In this document: positions 50,653 to 61,231 of the stretch, piece by piece | How positions within the stretch are numbered: position 1 is the first letter of the stretch | Layout of the letters: each line of letters opens with the position of its first letter | IMG/VR virus record: IMGVR_UViG_3300045973_000169 | Coordinates: 1 to 64,000 of that record | Reading direction: 5' to 3' (one strand) | Length of the DNA stretch: 64,000 nucleotides | Position numbers and translations under genes: made by a program | Notes under the pieces: model-generated | What the model was told of the DNA's origin: nothing | Database searches by the model: none | The model's input: only the letters and a program-made list of their open reading frames with translations

Positions 50653-51070
50653 GCTTTTAGTTCATATGAATTATAGAAAATATACACCTGAAAACATTGT
50701 CAGTCTAGAGCCAAATGAAGTGTTTGTCTTCGGTAGCAATACCGAAGGCATTCACGGAGCTGGTGCTGCTAGAGCTGCATTGGATTTGTTTGGTGCTAAG
50801 TTTGGACAAGCAGAAGGATTACAAGGTCAGTCTTATGCTATTGTAACTAAAGATCTTGAATTAGGTATGAGGAGTATCCCTCTTGGAGATATATGTAAAA
50901 GTATATTTAAATTCCTTGAGTTTGCTAAAGAGAATGGAGATAAAATTTTTTATGTAACTAAATTAGGTTGCGCTTTAGCTGGATATTCTATTGATGAAAT
51001 AGGTAAGCTTTTTATGGGATTTAATATTCCGAATAATGTTGTTTTACCAGTTGAATTTTGGGAGTGTTAG
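50633..51070 (+). CDS. Macro-domain-like protein (A1S_2505-type)
   Basis: VFVFGSN..G.HGAGAA, GLQGQSYAI.T, VT.LGC.LAG. Confidence 0.75.
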   Translation: MDMQDDRLLVHMNYRKYTPENIVSLEPNEVFVFGSNTEGIHGAGAARAALDLFGAKFGQAEGLQGQSYAIVTKDLELGMRSIPLGDICKSIFKFLEFAKENGDKIFYVTKLGCALAGYSIDEIGKLFMGFNIPNNVVLPVEFWEC

Positions 51071-51429
51071 AATGAAAGTTGAAATTATTCACGAAGAAGT
51101 AAAGCCAGTTATCCCGCCAGTTAAAGAAGTAGTTATTACTCTTACAGCGAAAGAAGCTTTAATCCTTAAGGTTTTAATGGGACATATAGCTGGAGTTAGT
51201 GGTGGACATGAGCTGAGTATTTTTAGAGATAAAATCTGGGAATCTTTAAGTAAAGATTTACCTGGGATTTATTCTGATAAATTTAAAGCAGTTGAAAATG
51301 AATGTAAAAATGTTAAATTAGCATTTTAGTATAAGGAGTAAATATGTATCAAGCTGTAAGCATATAAATGCAAATGTAGCTATCTGCATTAATGTGTTAT
51401 TAACATCTATCAAAACTAAGGAGTCTCAA

Positions 51430-52167
51430 ATGATAGGTGAAAAGTTTGGTAAGTTAACAGTTGTCTATTTCAATGATTTAAATAAGAGAAAAGAGAAACT
51501 ATGGTTATGTCTTTGTGATTGTGGAAAAGAAATAATTGTAAAAACAAGAAATCTTAAAATTGGAGCAACAAAAAGTTGTGGTTGTTTATCAACAGGCCCA
51601 AAAATTTCTGATCTTACTGGGAATAAATTTGGTGATTTAGAAGTTATATCTTATGCACATCAAGATAAATGGAGAACAAGTTTTTGGAATTGTAGATGTA
51701 TTTGTGGTAATTATACTGTTGCTAGTTCCGCAAATCTTAAATCTGGAAATCGTATTTCTTGTGGATGTAAACATGATGAATGGAAACATAATAAACCAAA
51801 AGGTCAAGATAGTCCACATTGGAATTCAGATATAATTGATAGAAATAGCAGACGACTTGACTATGAAGCAAAAGACTGGGCAATAAGAATTAAAGAACGT
51901 GATAAATATAAGTGTTTAGTTTGTGGTAAATCTCCAAGTGGAGAACTAACAAGTCATCATCTATATAGCTATAATGACTATATAGATTTAAGATATGATA
52001 TTGATAATGGAATTACTTTATGCGAGCAATGTCATTATTCTTTCCATAAAAAATATGGATTCAAAAAGAACACAAAAGAACAATTTAAGGAGTGGAAAAA
52101 TGAGTTATATGGCAGTAATAGCACGGTTGAAGAATGTCCGTGCTCATCCGAATGCAGACCGGATTAA
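51430..52167 (+). CDS. HNH homing endonuclease (paralog of 8141-8854)
   Basis: WLCLCDCG..KSCGC and WNCRCICG..SCGC; RDKYKCLVCG..SHH..NGITLCEQCH. Confidence 0.88.
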   Translation: MIGEKFGKLTVVYFNDLNKRKEKLWLCLCDCGKEIIVKTRNLKIGATKSCGCLSTGPKISDLTGNKFGDLEVISYAHQDKWRTSFWNCRCICGNYTVASSANLKSGNRISCGCKHDEWKHNKPKGQDSPHWNSDIIDRNSRRLDYEAKDWAIRIKERDKYKCLVCGKSPSGELTSHHLYSYNDYIDLRYDIDNGITLCEQCHYSFHKKYGFKKNTKEQFKEWKNELYGSNSTVEECPCSSECRPD

Positions 52168-53470
52168 ATTAGCTAATTGTTTAGGCTATCAAGTTATTGT
52201 AGGGCTTGAGGCTAAAGATGATGATATTGTTATTTTATTTCCTGATGATGGGCAATTAAGTCATGAATATATTTTTAATAATAACCTATATAACAAAGCA
52301 GAGATGAATAAAGATCCTAGTGTTAAAACTGGATTCTTTGATCATAAACGTAGAGTAAGATGTCAGACATTTAGAGGAGAGAAAAGTGAAGCTTATACTG
52401 CTGATATCAGAAGCGTGGAATTTACTGGGGTTGATATTGAAAGTCTCTATGTGGGTGTCCGTTTTGATGTTCTTAATGATATTAGCATTTGCAATAAGTA
52501 TATAACTCAAGCCACTAAGGATGCTGCTAATAAGAATGGGAATAAAGATAAGGTTAAACTTAATGTTATTCTTAAGAAAATGTTCCCTGAGCATATAGAT
52601 ACTGAACAGATTAGATTTGCAAGAGATGAAGATCTAATTGGATTAGTTACTATTACTCATAAGCTTCATGGTACAAGTGCTAGAACTGGATATATTAATA
52701 CTCCTGTTGAAGTACCTTTAAAATGGTATCATAAACTTTGGAATCAGTATGTTAAGTTAGTTGACTATCTCCCTCCTAAGTATACTCACGAGCAGAATGA
52801 AGCTTTATATTTTGCTCCTACTACTATCAAGAAATGGAAAACTATTTTTGGTACACGTAGGGTAATTAAAGGTCCTGTTAATGAAGAAGCAACTGATTAT
52901 CGTTCTTTATGTGCTAAACGATTAGCTCCTTTTATTGAAAAGGGTGAAATCTGGTATTATGAAATTGTAGGGTATGAAGATACTGGTGCTCTTATTATGG
53001 GGAGTGTTTCTACTAAAGAAATGCCTAAAGAATTCCAAAAAAGGTTTGGTGAAACTATTACTTACAAGTATGGTTGCTTACCTGGGACATGGAATATTTA
53101 TGTTTATCGTATTACTCATCAGAATGAAGATGGTGTTATCTATGAACTTCCATGGGCACAAGTAAAAGCTAAATGTAATAATGCTGCTATTAAGCATGTT
53201 CCTGAAATTGATGTTATTTTAACAGAAGTAGCTTTAGATGGTACAATTGATGTTGAAGTTTTAAAGCAAACAATTGAACATTACACTGAAGATGAAGATA
53301 TTGCTGAACCCCTTGATGCTTCTCATATACGTGAAGGTATCTGTGTTAGGATTGATAATCTTGAGACTGGTAAAATGAAAATATTCAAGAATAAAACTTT
53401 TGTATTTAAGGTGCTTGAAGGTATTGTTAAGGATTCTGGTGTAGTTGATACAGAAGAAGCTGAAGGGTAG
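52100..53470 (+). CDS. RNA ligase, Rnl2/DRB0094-like, with N-terminal tRNA-binding OB-like domain
   Basis: HPNADR, motif I KLHGTS, YEIVG, REGICV, K.K.F.F; AAGGAG SD before ATG 52100. Confidence 0.85.
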   Translation: MSYMAVIARLKNVRAHPNADRIKLANCLGYQVIVGLEAKDDDIVILFPDDGQLSHEYIFNNNLYNKAEMNKDPSVKTGFFDHKRRVRCQTFRGEKSEAYTADIRSVEFTGVDIESLYVGVRFDVLNDISICNKYITQATKDAANKNGNKDKVKLNVILKKMFPEHIDTEQIRFARDEDLIGLVTITHKLHGTSARTGYINTPVEVPLKWYHKLWNQYVKLVDYLPPKYTHEQNEALYFAPTTIKKWKTIFGTRRVIKGPVNEEATDYRSLCAKRLAPFIEKGEIWYYEIVGYEDTGALIMGSVSTKEMPKEFQKRFGETITYKYGCLPGTWNIYVYRITHQNEDGVIYELPWAQVKAKCNNAAIKHVPEIDVILTEVALDGTIDVEVLKQTIEHYTEDEDIAEPLDASHIREGICVRIDNLETGKMKIFKNKTFVFKVLEGIVKDSGVVDTEEAEG

Positions 53471-53986
53471 TATGGAAATATTAACAGTTATAAGTTTAGT
53501 TTTAGTAGTACTTATATTTATTTATGGAGCTTATGAAATTGAATATGAATTCAAATATACTCTTAGATATCATTTATTAGCAATGGTTATAGTAACATAT
53601 ACTATTTCATGTTTATGTTTTTATCTTAAAGGATTATAATATGAAGAGTGCTAAAGATGCAAGGCGTGAGACTGAATCTATTGATTCCAATAAAGCTAAA
53701 TTAGAAGTTGAAAAGATAGAAAAGGCAATTCAAGAAGCTATTAATAATGGTAAATTTAATTGCTATATAGATTTCTATCCTTCAGCTCCTGTTAAATATC
53801 AAGTAACTTCACTTGGATATTCTATAGGTCCTAATTATGGTAGATATAACGAAACGTGTGTAGAAATATCATGGTAAAAGTAATCAAATATTTAGAAGAA
53901 CTCTATGATCATTATGACAAAAAGAGTTTAGTTTATCGTGCGGATACTGTAAAGAAAATTATAAAAGAATTAAAAGGAGAAACAAA

Positions 53987-54715
53987 ATGAGTTTCGCAGA
54001 TCTTGGCAAAAAGGCAGATGATGCTAGTCAGGTGGTAGCTGGTGAGGCTACTAAAGTAAAAGGTGAGTTCCTTGGTTTAAGTAAGGCAACTAAGTATGTA
54101 GTATATGGTATTATATTGATTGCTATTCTTGCTCTTGGTTCTTGTATGTTAAAGGGCTGTGGTGCTGATAATCATTCAGCTAAAGCTTCTATCCAGAATG
54201 TTGGGACAGAGTATCCAGCACAGCAGATGCAACAGCCAGTTATTGTACAGCAGAATGATCCTACATCTGGAGTTCTTACTGGTATGGCTATTGGCTATAT
54301 GATGTCTAATGGTCAACGCTATGATGGTCATAATGGGTATGGTGATTCACATTATCGTGGGCCTGCTCAAGTAACAAATAATACAACTGTAATTAATAAG
54401 GCGGCTCCTAATGTACCTGCTCCTGTTTCTCCCGTTGCCAATGTTCCTGCCAAGCCTTTGGCCGCTGTGGCTCCTGTTGCTGCTGTTGTACCTGCTGTTG
54501 TCAAAGTAGCTAACCCTGGGGATGCTGCTGCTGAACAGATTAGAAAGAATGATGCATTGAAAGCAGAACTTAAAGCTAAACAAGCTGCTAGAGCTTCTGC
54601 TCCTATTAGTTTAAGTAAACCGTCTGCTCCTAAAAGTAGCTTTAGTTCTTTTAGTAAAAGTGTTAGTTCACCAACAAGAAGTAGTTCATCTAGTTCTGGT
54701 TCAAGGAGAAGGTAA
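53987..54715 (+). CDS. Membrane/lipoprotein with Pro/Ala/Val linker and Ser-rich tail
   Basis: TM segment followed by Cys; GMAIGYMM; PAPVSPVA linker; SSSSSGSRRR end. Confidence 0.55.
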   Translation: MSFADLGKKADDASQVVAGEATKVKGEFLGLSKATKYVVYGIILIAILALGSCMLKGCGADNHSAKASIQNVGTEYPAQQMQQPVIVQQNDPTSGVLTGMAIGYMMSNGQRYDGHNGYGDSHYRGPAQVTNNTTVINKAAPNVPAPVSPVANVPAKPLAAVAPVAAVVPAVVKVANPGDAAAEQIRKNDALKAELKAKQAARASAPISLSKPSAPKSSFSSFSKSVSSPTRSSSSSSGSRRR

Positions 54716-54827
54716 TGTCAAACTTTGCTAATTATTTGGTTTTACTTGGTATTATTCTTGGAGCATTCCCTGGATATTGGATTGGTAAAAAAGTAGGAAA
54801 ATTACAAGCTAAGAAAGAGGATACGAA

Positions 54828-55232
54828 ATGAATTGTGATATATTATTACCAAAGAATGAAAAAGAAGGAATTCTCCTAATAAAAGCTTTACAAGCAATTG
54901 GAATTGAAGACTGTATTGATGAAACTGATCCTAAGAAAACCTATCAAAGAATATTAAGTACTTGGGACTGTATTAACATTATCCCTTCCTATAAAGATAA
55001 AAATAAATTGATCTTTGGTGGTGGGAATAAAAGACAGAAATATTCAACATTTGGTGAGTTACTAGAAATAGTAGCCGCCTATAGACCAGAAATTGTTGTT
55101 GAAGTTAAACTTAATAATGAATATACTGCAATTGTATCAAAAGATGGGATTAAAGTAGGATGTCAAGAATTTTCTCTTGGGGTGATTGACATTTTAGCCG
55201 CTGCAAAAGAGACAATACTAAAAGGAAAATAA
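54828..55232 (+). CDS. Hypothetical protein, paralog of 57159-57563
   Basis: EVKLN..Y.A.V.KD...VGCQ.F shared. Confidence 0.6.
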   Translation: MNCDILLPKNEKEGILLIKALQAIGIEDCIDETDPKKTYQRILSTWDCINIIPSYKDKNKLIFGGGNKRQKYSTFGELLEIVAAYRPEIVVEVKLNNEYTAIVSKDGIKVGCQEFSLGVIDILAAAKETILKGK

Positions 55233-55233
55233 G

Positions 55234-55947
55234 ATGAAACATATAGTGGTTGGAGATGTACACTCTAATCATCTTGCTCTTATTAAAATCATGTTTAAAT
55301 ATCCCCCTAGTGAGTATAAATATATATTCACTGGGGATTATAATGATTATAGAGAAGAGAATCCTAGAGAGAAATCTAATTATATAACCACTATATTTCA
55401 GGTTATGAAGATAGTTAATCTCCATGGTGGAGTTGCTCTTCTTGGTAACCATGATGATAAATTGAGAAGATGGTTTAATGGTAGGAATGTAGAAATTAGA
55501 GACGGTTTAACTGAGACTATCTATGATATTGAAAAGTTTCGTAAAGAACCTTATGGACAGCTTCATCTTGATACAATCAATGCTTTTCTTAATAATCTCC
55601 CTTTAACTCATATCGAAGAAATTAATGGAATAGTTTATAAGTTTGCTCATGCAATCCATCCAGAATATGATGAAGTGTATATCCAAACAGGACATAATCC
55701 ACCATCTGAGAAAAAATGGAAAGAGCATTGTATTTGGGGGTATCCTAGAACTCTTGATGATGAGAAGGTTTTTCATAGAGTTCACTATTGGAATATTAAA
55801 GAGTATAATGATAGAGTCCCTGAGAATACATTCAAGATAGCTGGACATTATCATGAAGTATTTAAGAATGATAAGTTTCTTATACTTGATGCTACTCCTA
55901 ACATTGCAACTTATATTATAGAAGATAACTTAATAGAGGAATGGTAA
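55234..55947 (+). CDS. Metallophosphoesterase (Pnkp phosphatase-like)
   Basis: GDVH, GDYND, GNHDDKL.R, AHA, GH. Confidence 0.82.
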   Translation: MKHIVVGDVHSNHLALIKIMFKYPPSEYKYIFTGDYNDYREENPREKSNYITTIFQVMKIVNLHGGVALLGNHDDKLRRWFNGRNVEIRDGLTETIYDIEKFRKEPYGQLHLDTINAFLNNLPLTHIEEINGIVYKFAHAIHPEYDEVYIQTGHNPPSEKKWKEHCIWGYPRTLDDEKVFHRVHYWNIKEYNDRVPENTFKIAGHYHEVFKNDKFLILDATPNIATYIIEDNLIEEW

Positions 55948-55948
55948 A

Positions 55949-57169
55949 ATGTTTAGATCTTTAAATGATAAAGCCTACTTAGTTGGAGGCGCAGTACGTG
56001 ATCTCCTATTAGGCCATGAACCTAAAGATCGAGATTATGTTATTGAATGTACAGAAGCTGAATTTGAGAGAGTATTTCCCGATGCTGAAAAGGTCGGGAA
56101 TACTTTCCCTGTTTATTTACATCCTGAGACTGGTGATGAGATAGCTTTAACAAGAACAGAAAGACCAACAGAAACTAAATTTGGTGCTCTTGGTTCATAC
56201 CAAGGATTTGAAATTATTGGAGTTGGAGTGTCTATTCTTGATGATCTTAGAAGAAGAGATTTTACTATTAACTCTATTGCTCAAAAATATCTTACGAAAG
56301 AAATCATTGATCCTACTAATGGTAAGTTTGATTTAAAAAATAAGATGTTACGCTGTGTTAATTCTGAAGCTTTTAATGATGACCCTTTAAGAATCTATAG
56401 AGCTTGTAGATTTGCTGCTAGATTTGATTTTAAAGTTGAGATGCATACATTTAAATTAATGAGAGACAATTGTCATAATCTTTTCTTTGTAGAAAAAGAA
56501 AGAGTAGTTAATGAATTAAAGAAAATGTATTCTCAGACTGATAAGCCAGGTATATTCTTTAGGTTATTATTTGAGCTTGGTGGTATGGCACATCATTTTG
56601 ATCCTATTTTAGACCTTACTGTTATCCCTGCTGGACCTAAACAATACCATGGTACTAATACTGGGTTTGATCATACAATGGAAGTGATAGATAGATGTAA
56701 GGCTAATGGATTAAGCTTTGATTGTTTTATAGCTTGTCTATTCCATGATACAGGTAAAGCTTCAACTGATCCTTCTATATTACCTCACCATTATGGGCAT
56801 GAAAATGGGTCTTATCGTATTAATAAAGAGTTCTTTGCTGAGAATAGGTTTGATGCTAGTACGGTAGATTTAGCTTTAACTGTAGGGAAGAATCATATGA
56901 AGACTCATGTTATAACTAAGATGAGGACTAATAAAGTAGTTGATTTTCTTAGAGGAATTAGAAGATTAGATGAGTTTATTGATTGTTGTAATTGTGATCA
57001 TCCTTTTACTGATAATACTTTAGATTATATCAATCTTTTCAAACAAGTAAGAAAAGAAACTGTTGTTGAAATTCCTAAAGAAACAAAAGATAAATATGAA
57101 TTTGTTGGTAGGTTATACACTAAAGCCCTTGGGCAAAAGATAAAGGAATTTAAAGAAAATGGCAAATGA
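55949..57169 (+). CDS. cca: tRNA nucleotidyltransferase (CCA-adding class II) with HD domain
   Basis: VGGAVRD, DRD, DL.RRDFTIN, DDPLR..R..RFAARF, ERV..E, HDTGK. Confidence 0.9.
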   Translation: MFRSLNDKAYLVGGAVRDLLLGHEPKDRDYVIECTEAEFERVFPDAEKVGNTFPVYLHPETGDEIALTRTERPTETKFGALGSYQGFEIIGVGVSILDDLRRRDFTINSIAQKYLTKEIIDPTNGKFDLKNKMLRCVNSEAFNDDPLRIYRACRFAARFDFKVEMHTFKLMRDNCHNLFFVEKERVVNELKKMYSQTDKPGIFFRLLFELGGMAHHFDPILDLTVIPAGPKQYHGTNTGFDHTMEVIDRCKANGLSFDCFIACLFHDTGKASTDPSILPHHYGHENGSYRINKEFFAENRFDASTVDLALTVGKNHMKTHVITKMRTNKVVDFLRGIRRLDEFIDCCNCDHPFTDNTLDYINLFKQVRKETVVEIPKETKDKYEFVGRLYTKALGQKIKEFKENGK

Positions 57170-57563
57170 ACCAGCTTACAAGATGAAAAATAATGCCGAA
57201 CAGAAAGTAATTGTTACTGCATTAAAAACAATGGGTTTCAAAATATTAAGTGCTGATATGGAAATAGCTAAATATTTAAAAGATAATCCTGCAACTGATA
57301 ATCATTATATTTGGGTTCAACTTACTGATTCAGGTTGGATTATTAATGGATGTAATTTTATGGGAAGCAGGAAAGAAGTCTCTCTTGGAGAATTTCTTGC
57401 TAATGCCGCTGAATCTATACTCAAAAATAGAGTTATTGAAGTGAAACTTAACAGTAATTATAAGGCAGAAGTAACTAAAGATAGTGTTGTAGTCGGTTGC
57501 CAGACATTTACACATAAAGCTATTAAAGAACTTTATAACGCTACCCTTGAAGTTCAGAAATGA
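57159..57563 (+). CDS. Hypothetical protein, paralog of 54828-55232
   Basis: Shared C-terminal motif. Confidence 0.6.
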   Translation: MANEPAYKMKNNAEQKVIVTALKTMGFKILSADMEIAKYLKDNPATDNHYIWVQLTDSGWIINGCNFMGSRKEVSLGEFLANAAESILKNRVIEVKLNSNYKAEVTKDSVVVGCQTFTHKAIKELYNATLEVQK

Positions 57564-57927
57564 AACGTTTGAGAGAAGGTTTTACTTTTACACAAGACCA
57601 ATCAATAGGTATGACTTGTAGAGTAGAAAATAATGAAGTTGTCCTTATCCCTTATATAAGAGAGACTGGACAACTTCTATTTAGATGGATGGCAGAATAT
57701 GAAATTAAATAAAATAAAAGAATCAGGGATCTATTTAGTTATAGGACCACCTGAATGTGTTTCTTTGTTACCTACTGAAAATATATTATTTCTTTATCCT
57801 AATGGTGATCTTGTTATGGAAGGTAATAATTATATGGATTGTTTAAATGATGGTGAAGATGAGATAATTGAAGTTATCTGTCTTGCTAAATCAGAGAACC
57901 ATCCATCTTTGAGAGAAGGTGTTTTTG

Positions 57928-59061
57928 ATGAGTGATGTTAACAAATGGTTAACTCAAAATACTATATTTAAAGGTGTGTTAGGGTCTAGGGCTTATGGTA
58001 TCCATAATGCTGATAGTGATTATGACTATAGAGCTGTAGCTATTGCTCCTAAACAATATTATCTTGGATTAGATAATTTTGAACAACAGGAAACTAAAAA
58101 TCCTGATTCGACAGTTTTTGATATACAAAAATTTACAAAACTTGCTTTAGAATGTAATCCTAATATTATTGAGTATTTATTTCTCCATCCAGAGAATATT
58201 CTTATCAATACTCCTTATTGGGATATATTAGTTGAGAATAGAGATATATTCCTAAGCAAGAGAGCTAAACATAGATATCTAGGATATGCTTATTCTCAAC
58301 TTAAAAGAGTCCAATCTCATAAGCAATGGTTGCTTAATCCTGTAGACCATAAACCTACCCGTGAGGAGTACGGATTGCCTGCTACAGAGTCTTTGAATAG
58401 AGAACTAATAGGACAGATAGAGTTAGTGACTAAAGACTGTTTAAAAGAGAATTTAGACGTTATACTTAATAGTTCTGCAGATGAGTTAACTATTACTGGA
58501 TTAAGAAACTATTTAGAGTTTGATGTAAGAGGTGCTCTTGATGAAGCTTTTGCTGATTTTGTTTATCCTACTATATTTAACTTATTAATTAATAAGATAG
58601 ATGTAATGTCAACTCTTGCAATAGATAATTTCTCAGAAGAGATTGTAGCTGTATATACTAAAGAGAAGTCTTATTCTTCTGCTATGAGTAGATGGAAACA
58701 ATACCAGAATTGGGTTGATACAAGAAACCCTGCTAGAGCTGAACTTGAAGCTAAGTTTGGATATGATACAAAACATATAGGACATGTATTTAGGCTCCTT
58801 AAGCAAGGACAAGAAATCCTGTTGGATAAAACATTAACTGTTAAATTAAAACCAGAGGATAAAGAAGAGATTCTTGCTATTAAAGCTGGTAAATTTACAT
58901 ATGATGAAATAATAGATTTAGCTTCTATGAGGATGGCTTTCTTTGAAGAGTTATATGAGAGATCTACTCTCCCACATAGTCCAGATTTTAATAAAGCAAA
59001 TACATTGCTAGTAAAAACAATAGAAAAATTTTATGAGGATAAAAATGAAACAAATTGTTAA
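57928..59061 (+). CDS. Pol-beta superfamily nucleotidyltransferase (YcgL/RlaP-like)
   Basis: GSRAYG....SDYD.R, NPNIIE.L, GYA..Q, GYDTK...H..RLL. Confidence 0.82.
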   Translation: MSDVNKWLTQNTIFKGVLGSRAYGIHNADSDYDYRAVAIAPKQYYLGLDNFEQQETKNPDSTVFDIQKFTKLALECNPNIIEYLFLHPENILINTPYWDILVENRDIFLSKRAKHRYLGYAYSQLKRVQSHKQWLLNPVDHKPTREEYGLPATESLNRELIGQIELVTKDCLKENLDVILNSSADELTITGLRNYLEFDVRGALDEAFADFVYPTIFNLLINKIDVMSTLAIDNFSEEIVAVYTKEKSYSSAMSRWKQYQNWVDTRNPARAELEAKFGYDTKHIGHVFRLLKQGQEILLDKTLTVKLKPEDKEEILAIKAGKFTYDEIIDLASMRMAFFEELYERSTLPHSPDFNKANTLLVKTIEKFYEDKNETNC

Positions 59062-59354
59062 AAAAATTAAAGAACCATTCGCTGTCATAGAATATGATAA
59101 AAATAAAATTGCTTGTAGTAAAATTTATATTGCTGTAGATAATGTTGGTAATATATATAAGCTTTCTTATGATCATGGAGAAGGACACTGGAATCTATTA
59201 AATAGAGTTGACAATGGTCTTGGAAAGACTAAAAATTGTCCTTCTACTTATGAAGCAATGAAAAATGCTCTTGATGTTGGATATGAAGTGTTTGAATTTG
59301 ATAGTCTGTTAGAATTTTCTAAATGGCTTACTAAACAATTTTAAGAGGATAAAA

Positions 59355-59888
59355 ATGAAAGTATATAAAAAAGAAGAATTTATTGCAGCAATGAAAGCAA
59401 CTGCTAAAGAATATATTGATGGAACGCATGCTTGGGATTGTGATACATGTAAACTTTGTTTGGTTGCTGGAGCTAAAGGTCATTCTGACGAATGTAAGGT
59501 TTGTCCTTGGGTAATTATTACAGGGAAAATGTGTTCATCTTATGATAGCGATTCTTTGTCTAGAGCAACTGAATTACTTGATTGGGTTGAAAAGTATAAA
59601 AAAGCCGATATTGCTAATGGGAAGCCTGTTATTGAGCCATTTTCAATTGAAGTACGTTTCGATAATTTTGAAGAAGCAGCTTTCTTACTGAATGTATTTG
59701 GTGAGTCTAATGCTGACTATAGTGGATCAGTTGGGTCACGTATCTATAATACTATTTTTACTGACTTTAAATCTAAAGGTATTAAATTCAGTTACACTGA
59801 TAAGATTTCCCCTTTCTGGGCTGCTAAGAATGGCAACAGAAACTATTGGTCTGATTTTAAGGCTTATATTAAAGAAGAGTATAAATAA
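59355..59888 (+). CDS. Cys-rich paralog family member with C-terminal extension
   Basis: CDTCKLC...CKVCPWVIITGKMC. Confidence 0.6.
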   Translation: MKVYKKEEFIAAMKATAKEYIDGTHAWDCDTCKLCLVAGAKGHSDECKVCPWVIITGKMCSSYDSDSLSRATELLDWVEKYKKADIANGKPVIEPFSIEVRFDNFEEAAFLLNVFGESNADYSGSVGSRIYNTIFTDFKSKGIKFSYTDKISPFWAAKNGNRNYWSDFKAYIKEEYK

Positions 59889-59894
59889 TAGTAT

Positions 59895-59924
59895 GGAGGG
59901 TCAAAAATGGCCCTCCTATTCTTT
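59895..59924 (+). terminator. Rho-independent terminator
   Basis: GGAGGGTCA-AAAA-TGGCCCTCC followed by TATTCTTT. Confidence 0.6.
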
Positions 59925-60679
59925 AGGAGTAGTTAATGTTACATCTTCACTTAGATAGACAGAAAGTAGTATTAGAGAGCTTGATATATTCTTGTTCTAA
60001 TAAGTCATGTGCTTTCTACAGTCCATTTGCTGTTATTGAATGTGCTGAATGTTATACAAAGAGGAATAAGTCTAATGATGATAATAGAATTGGCACCTGT
60101 TGAGTGTTCTATATGTGGCAATAAGAACTTCTCTTTGTTTAGAACACATCAAGAGTTAATTGATTTTAGATGTATGGAATGTAGAAGTTCTCTTATGGAT
60201 ATTGAGAACCATGCTATATTTGAAAATAATATAGAATTAATAAAGAGAGAAATGATATGAATAATATACCAGAATTGCAAAACTTATCAGATAGATGTTC
60301 TGAAACTTATACTGTTGATTATGTAAAAATATGACATTCGAAGAGATAGTAAAAGAAGAACTTGCAATACAAAGACAAATGATTGAATTACTTCTTGAAG
60401 AGAATGTTGCTTTAAATGCTAAAGTGGCAGCTCTAGAAGAAGCTTTAATTGTACATGAAGTCCTTGATAAATCTGAACTTGAGACACTAGAGCAAGCTTG
60501 GTATCAAGATGTTGCCTTAGAAAGAATGGCAATTCAGTAGAGAGTTATTAACAAGGACATACAGAGTAGTTCCCTACCCATCACCGCAATAGGAAAGGTT
60601 TACTTAGCTTAAATACCGAGTCAGAAGAGGGACTGATAATAAGCGAAGTAAGTGGTACTATTACAGGAGGCGTTCGTGA

Positions 60680-61231
60680 ATGAGACTAAGAACATTAGTT
60701 ATGGTTGTGTTATTTTTGGTAATTAGTATATCGCAGTTAGCATTTAGTGATTATCATCCTACGTTTAGTAAGTATAGCACAGAGGCGTATCAATTAGCTA
60801 GTAAGATTGATACATTAAAAGAAAAGTATCATTTAAAACATAAGAGTTATGAAGACTTATTGGAAACATGTAGTTACATAACAACATATTCACAGTATAG
60901 TAAGTTTGATAAGTATGAAGTTTCAGCTATTGTATTAAAAGAGGCTAAGTTTGACCAATTTGCTTTTAACAAAAATGATGGTGGGATAGGGCTAGGTCAG
61001 ATAACAGGTTTAAAAAAAGGTTGGCATGATGATACTTTATTCTGGATGACAGATCCTTGGAATAAAGAACAGAATATTAGAGGAATCTATTTCTTATTAT
61101 CTGACAATTTACACTGTTATAAAACTAAGTTTAATGCTATCAAAAGGTACAATGGTAAGACAGTAAAGAGTAAAAGATATGCAGAGCATATTGGAAAACT
61201 TAAACAAGAAATAAAAGCAGCAAAAATTTAA
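60680..61231 (+). CDS. Secreted lytic transglycosylase (SLT-like)
   Basis: Signal peptide; AI..KEAKF...A, GLGQI, NI.G, RYNG motifs. Confidence 0.65.
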   Translation: MRLRTLVMVVLFLVISISQLAFSDYHPTFSKYSTEAYQLASKIDTLKEKYHLKHKSYEDLLETCSYITTYSQYSKFDKYEVSAIVLKEAKFDQFAFNKNDGGIGLGQITGLKKGWHDDTLFWMTDPWNKEQNIRGIYFLLSDNLHCYKTKFNAIKRYNGKTVKSKRYAEHIGKLKQEIKAAKI

